Origin: an uncultured Alphaproteobacteria bacterium
GTDB lineage: Bacteria > Pseudomonadota > Alphaproteobacteria > CAAHEQ01 > UBA3637
NCBI GenBank assembly: GCA_944392555.1
Contig: CALXWZ010000001.1
Coordinates: 65,810 to 129,809 of the forward strand
Length of the DNA stretch: 64,000 nucleotides
Direction of reading: 5' to 3'
Within the stretch, counting starts at the first letter, position 1; every line of letters starts with the position of its first letter. Positions 31,543 to 39,784 of this stretch are shown one piece after another. Under the pieces are notes generated by a model. That model was not told the origin of the DNA. It saw only the letters and a list, made by a program, of their open reading frames with translations, and did not search any database. Both the position numbers and the translations under genes were made by a program.

Positions 31543-32514
31543 ATGTTGGCAGAAGAGTTGATTGCAAGCGCCGGACGCGTGATTGATATGGAAATTCACG
31601 GTTTGGAAGAAATGAAAAAGAATTTCGGCGATAGCTTTGTAAAAGCGATTGAAATGATGACTAAAATTAAGGGTCGCCTAATTGTTTCCGGTATGGGTAA
31701 AAGCGGGCATATAGGGCAAAAAATTGCGGCAACGTTGGCTTCAACGGGCACGCCGGCCTTTTTTGTGCATCCGAGTGAGGCCAGTCACGGTGATTTGGGA
31801 ATGCTCACGAAAGATGATTTATTGCTGACGATTTCCAACTCGGGCGAAAGCAAAGAAATGGGCGATATTATTTCATTTTCGCGTCGGTTCGGTATCCCGA
31901 TGATTGCGATTACGAGCAATCCCGAAAGCACTATGGCAAAAGCGGCGGATTTGGTGTTGTTAATTCCGTCCAAGAAGGAAGCGCCCGAGGCGTGTCCGCT
32001 GGGATTGGCGCCGACAACTTCTACAACAACAACCTTGGCGATGGGCGATGCCATAGCCGTTGCGTTGATAGAACAAAAAGGCTTTACGCGCGAGGAATTT
32101 CATGATCGTCATCCGGGCGGAAAACTCGGCAACGTGTTGTTAAGAGCCAGAGATGTGATGGTAACGGGCGATGATTTACCACTTGTGCCGACGGATATGA
32201 AGATGAGCGACGCGCTTGTGGTGATGACGGCGAAAAGTTGGGGTTGTTTGGGTGTGGTTGATGAAGATGGTCAGCTGGTCGGTATGATTACGGACGGAGA
32301 CTTACGGCGCCACATGTCGACGAACATTATAGAGCAACCGGCTTCATCGGTGATGACACTGAATCCGAAAACGGTTGTGCCGGATATTTTATGCGTTGAA
32401 GCGTTGCGGTTAATGAACACAAAGAAAATTACGAGTTTGTTTGTGGTTGACGGCGAAAATAAACCGGTCGGATTATTGCATGTTCATTCATTATTGATGG
32501 CAGGCGTGGCATAG
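31543..32514 (+). CDS. kdsD: Arabinose-5-phosphate isomerase (KdsD/GutQ; SIS + tandem CBS)
   Basis: SIS motif GMGKSGHIGQKIAATLASTGTPAFFVHP. C-terminal CBS pair. Confidence 0.85.
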   Translation: MLAEELIASAGRVIDMEIHGLEEMKKNFGDSFVKAIEMMTKIKGRLIVSGMGKSGHIGQKIAATLASTGTPAFFVHPSEASHGDLGMLTKDDLLLTISNSGESKEMGDIISFSRRFGIPMIAITSNPESTMAKAADLVLLIPSKKEAPEACPLGLAPTTSTTTTLAMGDAIAVALIEQKGFTREEFHDRHPGGKLGNVLLRARDVMVTGDDLPLVPTDMKMSDALVVMTAKSWGCLGVVDEDGQLVGMITDGDLRRHMSTNIIEQPASSVMTLNPKTVVPDILCVEALRLMNTKKITSLFVVDGENKPVGLLHVHSLLMAGVA

Positions 32515-32586
32515 AGGGAAAAGAAAGTCGGCGGATTTTTGTGAGCCGTTCAAACAAGAGGGTTATCGGAAAAGGAAACGAGTAGC

Positions 32587-34278
32587 ATGTTTACATTACG
32601 GTTGCTGAAATTAAAAATTCATTCAAGGCGGGTTGTGGTATTTAAGCGCGCTCTGCCGGCGTTTGCATTTTTATTGGCAAGCGTGATGATTGCTTGGCCG
32701 GCCTTTAATGAACAGAAAGATAAATTTACGTTGGCAACGAAAGAGGCAACCGATGTTCAAACGGGTAATTCCGATATGACGGCCGTGCGCTATTTTTCAA
32801 AGGATAGTGAAGAAAATCCGCTGACGATTACATCGCAAACCGTGCGCGAACTGGATAAAACGCGCAAGATTATTGCGTTGACACGACCGACGGCAAAATA
32901 TGTGATGTCGGACGGTGTGATTTTAACGGGTGAAACATCTTACGGGCTGATTTTTCAAAACGATAAATATTTGTATTTTGAAAACCGTGTTGATGGTGCA
33001 ACGGATACGGGGTATCAAGCGATTTCGGAAAAAATCGTATGCGATTATAATGCGGGCACGTTGGCGAGTGAGCAAGATGTATACATCAAAGGTCCGGCGG
33101 GTATGTTGCAGGCAAACGGGTTCTATATAAAAGAAAACGGGAATTATCTTTTCTTTAAGGGATATACGGCAACCCTTCTGTTTCAATCCGAGAAACCGAA
33201 AGAAGCCGTGAGCGCATTGGATTTTGAAAAGCAAAAATCGTATTTGAAAGAAGATAAAGGTAATGTGTATATCACATCCGAAAACGGCTTAATCATCAAT
33301 CAGGTTGCGCGAACGATTACGGCGCAAAAAAATGTGGACGTTTACCAAAATGACGGACATTTGGAATCGGATAATCTTGTTTTGCACTATGAGCGAGATG
33401 GGCAAGGAAAAACATCGGTTCGCAAAGTATCGGCACAGGGGAACGTAATTGCCAAAACACCGGCGCAGACGGCAACCGGTGAGGTGATGACGGTTTATCG
33501 TGCACCGGCCGAAATGGCGCAAGTATTGCAGACTGTGCCGATGGCATCGGTGCCTGCCCAAACGGCGCAAAATTTATCGCAAGTGATTACGTTGGAAAGT
33601 TCGGAAAATAATGCAACGGTGTCGGAAAAGAAAAATACAATCAAGGCGCAAAAGTTAATCGCCGTTTATGCGAACGAGATTAGCGGGGAAACGGCACAAA
33701 ACAAATCGGCGGTATCGGATAAATCGGGCATATCGGGCAGTTCAAACCTCATCAAAGCGGTTGCGCTCGGGAAAGCATCGGCCGTCAGTGGCGGGCAGAC
33801 GGCAACGGGCGACGAAATTGTGATTTATCGGGATAAGGCGGAAATTGAGAATATCTTAAAGCCTTTGCCGAGCGATAAAGAATTTCAAGTCAGCGAAACA
33901 CCGGGGCAAGTCATTGTTTTAACGGGGAAAGCCGTTATTAAAGAGGGCGTAAACACAGTTAAGGCCGATAAAATATATGCGTTGTATAATAAGGCGGGAA
34001 CGGAAATGATAAAAGCCATTACATTGGGCAACACATCGGCCACAAACGGCGCTCAACGGGTGTATGGCGTCAACGGTGTCTACACGCCGAAAACGAAAAT
34101 TGTCAGCGTCTATGAAAAAGTTTCTTTACATGAGAAAGAAAGTGTATTACAAGGGGAATACGCAACTTTAAATTTAAAAACGGGTATCAGTTCGCTTCAT
34201 GCGTCCAAAACGGGGAAAAAGGCGGGGCGTGTGAAAGGGCAGATTATCCCGAATGATTTTGAGACGAAAAAAGAATAA
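32587..34278 (+). CDS. LptC/LptA-like (OstA-family) LPS transport periplasmic protein, expanded
   Basis: N-terminal TM anchor. At least 3 OstA-like beta-jellyroll repeats (TIKAQKLIAVY.., TVKADKIYALY..). Sits between kdsD and lptB. Confidence 0.65.
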   Translation: MFTLRLLKLKIHSRRVVVFKRALPAFAFLLASVMIAWPAFNEQKDKFTLATKEATDVQTGNSDMTAVRYFSKDSEENPLTITSQTVRELDKTRKIIALTRPTAKYVMSDGVILTGETSYGLIFQNDKYLYFENRVDGATDTGYQAISEKIVCDYNAGTLASEQDVYIKGPAGMLQANGFYIKENGNYLFFKGYTATLLFQSEKPKEAVSALDFEKQKSYLKEDKGNVYITSENGLIINQVARTITAQKNVDVYQNDGHLESDNLVLHYERDGQGKTSVRKVSAQGNVIAKTPAQTATGEVMTVYRAPAEMAQVLQTVPMASVPAQTAQNLSQVITLESSENNATVSEKKNTIKAQKLIAVYANEISGETAQNKSAVSDKSGISGSSNLIKAVALGKASAVSGGQTATGDEIVIYRDKAEIENILKPLPSDKEFQVSETPGQVIVLTGKAVIKEGVNTVKADKIYALYNKAGTEMIKAITLGNTSATNGAQRVYGVNGVYTPKTKIVSVYEKVSLHEKESVLQGEYATLNLKTGISSLHASKTGKKAGRVKGQIIPNDFETKKE

Positions 34279-34288
34279 GTGAGGTTCT

Positions 34289-35023
34289 ATGATTATACCC
34301 CAACGCGGTTTGGTTGTATCCAATTTAAGTAAAAGCTATAAGAAGCGCACGGTATTAAAAGATGTGTCGCTATCCGTGCAACAAGGGGAAGCGGTCGGCT
34401 TATTAGGGCCGAACGGAGCCGGAAAAACAACGTCGTTTTATTGTGTGACGGGGCTTATTTCGCCCGATACGGGTAAGATAACGTTGAACGGAATAGATAT
34501 TACGGGATTCCCTGTTTATCGGCGGGCAAGGCTCGGTGTCGGGTATTTGCCTCAGGAAGCCTCTATTTTCCGCGGGTTAAATGTGGAAGATAATATCCGC
34601 GCGGTTTTGGAAGTTGTGGAAAAGAATGAAGAAAAGCGCGAGCAGGAATTAGATTCGCTGTTAAAAGAATTTGCGATTGAACATTTAAGATTTTCGCCTT
34701 CGCGCGCGTTATCGGGCGGGGAGCGTCGGCGGTTGGAAATTGCGCGGGCGTTGGCGTCAAGACCGTCATTTATCTTATTGGACGAGCCGTTGGCGGGAAT
34801 TGATCCGATTGCCGTCGGCGAGATTAAGGAGCTGGTCGGACAGCTTAAAAACCGAGGACTCGGCGTATTGATTACGGACCACAATGTGCGTGAAACGTTG
34901 AGTATTATAGATAGAGCCTATATTCTGCACGATGGGGTGGTGCTAAAACAAGGCACGCCGGAAGAAATTATTTCGGATGAGAATGTGCGCAGAACGTATT
35001 TGGGTAAAAATTTCACATTATAG
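34289..35023 (+). CDS. lptB: LPS export ABC transporter ATPase LptB
   Basis: Walker A GPNGAGKTT, signature LSGGERRRLEIARAL, Walker B ILLDEP. Confidence 0.9.
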   Translation: MIIPQRGLVVSNLSKSYKKRTVLKDVSLSVQQGEAVGLLGPNGAGKTTSFYCVTGLISPDTGKITLNGIDITGFPVYRRARLGVGYLPQEASIFRGLNVEDNIRAVLEVVEKNEEKREQELDSLLKEFAIEHLRFSPSRALSGGERRRLEIARALASRPSFILLDEPLAGIDPIAVGEIKELVGQLKNRGLGVLITDHNVRETLSIIDRAYILHDGVVLKQGTPEEIISDENVRRTYLGKNFTL

Positions 35024-35048
35024 TTTAAAAGTAATTGTTTAAAAATAT

Positions 35049-36161
35049 GTGTTTGTAATGGAGAGAAGAATGACAACAGAAACAAAAAAAATCGGTATTT
35101 TAACGAGTGGCGGAGATTGCTCGGGCTTAAACGCGGCGATTCGCGGTGTTGTGTTTGCGGCGATTGCAAAAGGCTGGGAAGTGATTGGCATTTATAATTC
35201 AACCGATGGATTATTTTCGCGTCCGATGAAATATAAAAAGCTCACGATTTCGGAATTTGATTATCCGTATGCCTCACTGGGAGGCACAATGCTCGGCACG
35301 AACAATTCGGGCAATCCGCACATTCAGGAAAAGGCCGACGGCACAACCGAAAATTTAACGGATGAAGAATTGGATGAGCGCTTTCAATCCGGCATTAAGG
35401 AATTGGGAATCAGCGCATTGGTTGTTGTGGGCGGAGATGGCTCAATGGCAATCATCAGTAAATTCTGCAAGCGGGCAGGCATTTCCATGATTGGTATTCC
35501 GAAAACGATTGATAACGATGCGCCGGGCACGGATATTGCCATCGGATTCCAAACGGCAGTCAATGTTGTTATGGATTCATTAGATAAATTAACCACAACG
35601 GCCACGTCGCACAATCGGGTGATGATTGCGGAAGTTATGGGCAGAGGCGCAGGGCATTTGGCATTATCGGCAGGCATTGCGGGATATGCGGATGTGATTT
35701 TAATCCCCGAGATTGATTACACGTATGAGGGTGTTGTAAAGAAATTACAAGAGATAAAGGCGCAAGGAAAGAAATACGGCTTGATCGTGATTTCGGAAGG
35801 AATTAAGTCGCCCGAGGGGAAACACCATTTTGCAACGAATGGCAAAACATTCGGCGGTGTATCGGCTATTTTTGCCGAGAAGTTGCAAAAAGATGGATAC
35901 AATGTGCGCGCCACGGTATTGGGCCACGTGCAACGGGCAGGCAATCCGGTATCGGATGATCGGATTTTAGCCTCTGAATTTGCGGTGCGGGCTGTTGATT
36001 TGATTGAGAAAGGCGAAACGAATCGCGTGGTGATTCATAAAGACGGCGAAGTGAAAGATGAAGCATTGAATACGATTTTAAAAATTGCGAATACGCCGGT
36101 TGATCCGAAAGGAAAATTGGTATATACGGCGCGTCAACTGGGCATTTATGTGGGCGAATAA
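35049..36161 (+). CDS. pfk: 6-phosphofructokinase
   Basis: GILTSGGDCSGLNAAIRG ... VVGGDGSM ... PKTIDND. Confidence 0.85.
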   Translation: MFVMERRMTTETKKIGILTSGGDCSGLNAAIRGVVFAAIAKGWEVIGIYNSTDGLFSRPMKYKKLTISEFDYPYASLGGTMLGTNNSGNPHIQEKADGTTENLTDEELDERFQSGIKELGISALVVVGGDGSMAIISKFCKRAGISMIGIPKTIDNDAPGTDIAIGFQTAVNVVMDSLDKLTTTATSHNRVMIAEVMGRGAGHLALSAGIAGYADVILIPEIDYTYEGVVKKLQEIKAQGKKYGLIVISEGIKSPEGKHHFATNGKTFGGVSAIFAEKLQKDGYNVRATVLGHVQRAGNPVSDDRILASEFAVRAVDLIEKGETNRVVIHKDGEVKDEALNTILKIANTPVDPKGKLVYTARQLGIYVGE

Positions 36162-36214
36162 TGGAAAGAAAATAAAAGAGACCTTGCAATTTAAAAATAA
36201 TACGATTATATTAA

Positions 36215-36415
36215 ATGAGTCAACATAAGGAGAAAGACATGGAAAAAATTGAAAAACACTTAGCCTCATTAAAAGCCAAACATGCAGAATTGGATGTTAA
36301 AATTGATGAAGAAAATGCGCGTCCGATGCCGGATTCGTTAAAGATACAGGAGTATAAAAAGCAAAAATTAGCTATTAAGCAAGAAATTGAAGAATTGGAA
36401 AAAGAGCAAAAATAG
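36215..36415 (+). CDS. YdcH / DUF465-family small protein
   Basis: 66 aa; the pattern HLASLKAKHAELDVKIDEE ... LKIQEYKKQKLAIKQEIEELEK is typical of DUF465. Confidence 0.5.
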   Translation: MSQHKEKDMEKIEKHLASLKAKHAELDVKIDEENARPMPDSLKIQEYKKQKLAIKQEIEELEKEQK

Positions 36416-36689
36416 CATTTAAGTAATAAACGCAACAGCAAAATACCGAAAGCCGACGAATCGATGATTGGCTTTCGGTATTTTTTTGAGCCTGAGGAGC
36501 GTTGTTTGACATGGCTGAGAGTGAAAAAAGAAAGAATCGCTTTGATAGTATTTTTTAAATATGATTTGACAATTTAAAAATAAATTAAACAAAAAAAGAC
36601 AAAATTAAATTATAATTTAAAATCAAATAGTTTTAAAATTATTTTTCGCAAAAAAAAGCAAAAAAATGCGGTTTTTTTGGAAAAAAAGA

Positions 36690-36854
36690 TTGCAAAGAAG
36701 GGGAAGCTCGGATAGAATAAAGAGTATGAGGTGATGAAATAAGCGCTTCATCCGAGAGATTAACGATACGAGATAAGTATCAAAACGTGAGTTAACTCAT
36801 TCGGGGAATGGGAAGACGGGGCTTTCGGTAAATATAAAACAAAAGGAGAGAAAC
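36690..36854 (+). promoter_or_regulatory. Promoter TTGCAA-17-TAGAAT plus conserved structured 5' leader of about 130 nt, for pilin-like gene 1
   Basis: Block duplicated at 37981-38145. Hairpin ATGAGGTG..CGCTTCAT. 12-bp palindrome TGAGTTAACTCA. Conserved GGGGAATGGGAAGACGGGGCTTTCGG. AAAGGAGAG ribosome-binding site. Confidence 0.55.
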
Positions 36855-37328
36855 ATGAAAAGAACAAATGAATCAGGCCGTTCAATGGTTGAAATGCTCG
36901 GCGTTTTGGCTATTATCGGTGTTTTATCGGTTGGTGGTATTGCCGGTTACACAATGGCAATGAACCGCTATCGTTCAAACGAAATTATTGATATGGCAAA
37001 CAAATTGGCCGTTGTTGCTTTCTCGGCTCGTGAAACATACGCTGCAATGCACAATGGTGATTCCAATGGCTTTACACCGCCTTCGTTGACTACATCTGGC
37101 TTGTATACAAGTGATAAAATCAATGGTGCAACGTTTACGGCATTAACAAATCCGGCATCTTTCTTTACGGATACAGAATGCACAGACGTAGCAGATACAA
37201 CTGAATCTGCACGGAGTGTTAAAATGGAAATCAATTTTGATACAGAAAATGTCTGCAAAGCCGCTGCTTCAACATTGGGCACAACATGTGCAAGCAACAA
37301 AGTTACATTCTGCTCACGCAGCAGCTGA
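36855..37328 (+). CDS. Type IV pilin-like protein 1 (non-canonical prepilin leader)
   Basis: MKRTNESG|RSMVEMLGVLAIIGVLSVGGIAGY has Glu at +5 and a hydrophobic helix. C-terminal Cys pair CKAA..FCSR. Confidence 0.65.
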   Translation: MKRTNESGRSMVEMLGVLAIIGVLSVGGIAGYTMAMNRYRSNEIIDMANKLAVVAFSARETYAAMHNGDSNGFTPPSLTTSGLYTSDKINGATFTALTNPASFFTDTECTDVADTTESARSVKMEINFDTENVCKAAASTLGTTCASNKVTFCSRSS

Positions 37329-37367
37329 TTTGTTGAATATAAGAATTTCGTTTTTGAAAATTCCAAG

Positions 37368-37399
37368 AGGGGCGTTCGTTTTGAACGCCTCTTTTTGTA
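37368..37399 (+). terminator. Terminator after pilin-like gene 1
   Basis: GGGGCGTTCGTTTTGAACGCCTC followed by TTTTTG. Homologous hairpin after gene 2. Confidence 0.6.
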
Positions 37400-37571
37400 T
37401 GATAACGGGCGGAGATATCTTTGTTTAACCCGAGATATCATTGTTCAATCTGAGAGATGTCTTTCTCCCCAAGTCTGAGAGTGATCTTACTCCTCCGTTT
37501 GAGAAATGTTTGCCGTTCGTTTGAAAAACTGCGAATAACGGGGCATTTTAACGCTGTTCGATTGGAACGCT

Positions 37572-37690
37572 AAAAGCCGTCGCATTTTCGCCCGTTCGCG
37601 CGGGATATAAAAAGCCGTCGCATTTTCGCCCGTTCGCGCGGGATATAAAAAGCCGTTGCATTTTCACCCTGTTCGCGCAGGATATAAAAA
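37572..37690. repeat. Tandem direct repeat, about 38 bp x 3 (plus one degenerate upstream copy)
   Basis: gccgtcgcattttcgcccgttcgcgcgggatataaaaa repeated head-to-tail with no spacers. Confidence 0.8.
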
Positions 37691-37980
37691 GCGCAAAGCA
37701 CGCGATATTTTTACGCAAAAAAACAAGTGATAACTGCCCTCTGCCGAGAGAAGTGGGAGCAAAAAGCAAGCGCGGTTTTTATGCCGAAAAAGGCGTTGCA
37801 ATGTATTCAAATTTGATTTTGGATTAGGGGAAAGGCCGTAGACAAGGTTATTGACTTTTTGGTGCGTGCCAAACAGGTGATTATATTTTGCTGTTTCTGA
37901 AAAAAGAAAACCCCAATACCCAAAAAATCTAAAATTTCCCAAAAATTTAAATAAAAATTATATTTTTTATAAAAAAATAG

Positions 37981-38145
37981 TTGCAAACTTAAAAATTATT
38001 TAATAGAATAATAAGTATGAAGTGATGAAAAAGGCACTTCATCCGAAAGAATAACGATGCGAAATAAACATCAAAACGGGAGTTGACTCATTCGGGGAAT
38101 GGGAAGACGGGGCTTTCGGGAAACGAAAAAGAAAAGGAGAGAAAC
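37981..38145 (+). promoter_or_regulatory. Promoter TTGCAA-17-TAGAAT plus conserved structured 5' leader, for pilin-like gene 2
   Basis: Second copy of the 36690-36854 block. Hairpin ATGAAGTG..CACTTCAT. Confidence 0.55.
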
Positions 38146-38622
38146 ATGAAAAGAACAAATGAATCAGGCCGTTCAATGGTTGAAATGCTCGGCGTTTTAG
38201 CGATTATCGGTGTTTTATCGGTTGGTGGTATTGCGGGTTACACAATGGCAATGAACCGCTATCGTTCCAACGAAATTATTGATATGGCAAACAAATTGGC
38301 CGTTGTTGCTTTCTCGGCGCGTGAAACATATATGGCAATGCACAACGGTGATACTATACCAACATCAGATGTGCCGGATTTAGCGTCATCAGGGTTGTAT
38401 ACGAGCAGTGTAATTAATGGAGCAACATTTGAAACTCCTACGTTTTATTCTGATACAACCTGTACGACTCCAATAGTTGCTAGTACCAAAAATCAATCTG
38501 CACGGAGTATTAAAATTGTAATCAATTTTAATGGAAATGACAACGTATGCAAAGCTGCAGCTTCAACACTAGGAGAAGATTGTTCTGGCGGTAAGGTAGA
38601 GTTTTGCTCACGCGCCAGCTAA
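38146..38622 (+). CDS. Type IV pilin-like protein 2
   Basis: Start MKRTNESGRSMVEML at 38146, which is the second Met of track ORF 38083-38622. First 70 aa about 95% identical to gene 1. Variable centre. Cys pair CKAAASTLGEDCSGGKVEFCSRAS. Confidence 0.65.
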   Translation: MKRTNESGRSMVEMLGVLAIIGVLSVGGIAGYTMAMNRYRSNEIIDMANKLAVVAFSARETYMAMHNGDTIPTSDVPDLASSGLYTSSVINGATFETPTFYSDTTCTTPIVASTKNQSARSIKIVINFNGNDNVCKAAASTLGEDCSGGKVEFCSRAS

Positions 38623-38665
38623 TCAGCGAAACACAAGAATTTCGTTTTTAAACATTCTGAACAAC

Positions 38666-38696
38666 GGGGCGTTCGCTTTGAACGCCTCACTTTTTT
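38666..38696 (+). terminator. Terminator after pilin-like gene 2
   Basis: GGGGCGTTCGCTTTGAACGCCTC followed by TTTTTT. Confidence 0.6.
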
Positions 38697-38708
38697 CCGC
38701 TTACTATT

Positions 38709-38718
38709 CCCCCCCCCC
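38709..38718. repeat. Homopolymeric C10 tract
   Basis: ttattCCCCCCCCCCac, about 230 bp upstream of pilin-like gene 3. Confidence 0.9.
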
Positions 38719-38947
38719 ACTCGCCTGCATGCACTGACCTTATCGCTTTCACGATGATGATTTTTCTATCCCCCTTTTTTACCTTGATTTCTGAATAAAT
38801 TAAAAAAGTTATCAATATGATATAAAAAAACTTGAACTTTTAATTTGAAAACAGTATAATGAACTATCACCGATATCGTCAGTTTGAATCGCCAGCCTTT
38901 AAAAGGCTGATTCGGGTGCGGGTCGGGGTTAGATAAAAGGAATTAAA

Positions 38948-39412
38948 ATGCAAAAAACAAATGAATCAGGTCGCTCAATGGTGGAAATGCTAGCCGTTTT
39001 GGCGATTATTGCCGTCCTGTCCATTGGCGGAACGCTGGGTTATTTGCTCGGTATGCGTCGCTATCGGGCTGATTTGGTTTTAGATGTTGCTTCAAAATAT
39101 GCTTCAACTGTCTATATGCAGTTTCAATCCTATAAAGCCAAGCATGGTGGCTCAGTTGTCGGGTTCACACCGGTAACGCTTGCCAATTCCGGCGTGAGTA
39201 TTGCGAATATGGATTCAATTAACGGCGTCGGGATTGCCTTAAATACGGCATATAGTGGTGGAAAAGAGTGTGTTGGCGGTATTTGTGAAAATGGGGTAAG
39301 TATCCTAATGTCGTTCCCGCAAGAGCAGTTGGAAATATGCAAAACAATTACGATTATGTTAAGCGTGGATAATACATGCCCCGATTTGGTTCGCTTCTTT
39401 CCGCAAAGTTAG
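38948..39412 (+). CDS. Type IV pilin-like protein 3 (divergent)
   Basis: MQKTNESGRSMVEMLAVLAIIAVLSIGGTLGY. C-terminal Cys-rich region CVGGICENG..CKT..C. Confidence 0.6.
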   Translation: MQKTNESGRSMVEMLAVLAIIAVLSIGGTLGYLLGMRRYRADLVLDVASKYASTVYMQFQSYKAKHGGSVVGFTPVTLANSGVSIANMDSINGVGIALNTAYSGGKECVGGICENGVSILMSFPQEQLEICKTITIMLSVDNTCPDLVRFFPQS

Positions 39413-39419
39413 CTTTTTT

Positions 39420-39575
39420 CTTGCAAGGTAAAGTAATCTCTCAAACAAACCTCTAAGCAAGCCCGAGCAAACCCGAGCTAACCCAAATCAATCACAAGTA
39501 AGCCCAAAACACGCATAAGCAAGCCCGAGCTAACCTCAATCAAATCTCAATCAAACCCCACCTCGGATAGAGATA
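39420..39575. repeat. Low-complexity direct repeats (aagcccgagc / atctcaatcaaacc)
   Basis: caagcccgagc(a/t)aacc occurs three times. Related to the 12520-12640 repeats. Confidence 0.5.
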
Positions 39576-39784
39576 CGCTTTTGCTCACATCGGCTCATTT
39601 TCAAGCAACATTTTTTAGTTGGCGCATTGTTTCGTTTTCTGCACCATATAGTTTCGTTATCGTTTAATTACTCGCGCCTTGTATTTTGCGCGTTTTTAAT
39701 TTCTCGGCACAATATGGCTTACGCATTTTCAGGTTGCCCGAAACGATTTGTTTTATTTACTCAAAGGGAGCAAAAGCTATTCCC

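Noticed and set aside
37572-37690. Possible CRISPR array between the pilin-like genes
   Set aside because: The repeats are contiguous, with no unique spacers, and there are no cas genes nearby. It is a simple tandem repeat.
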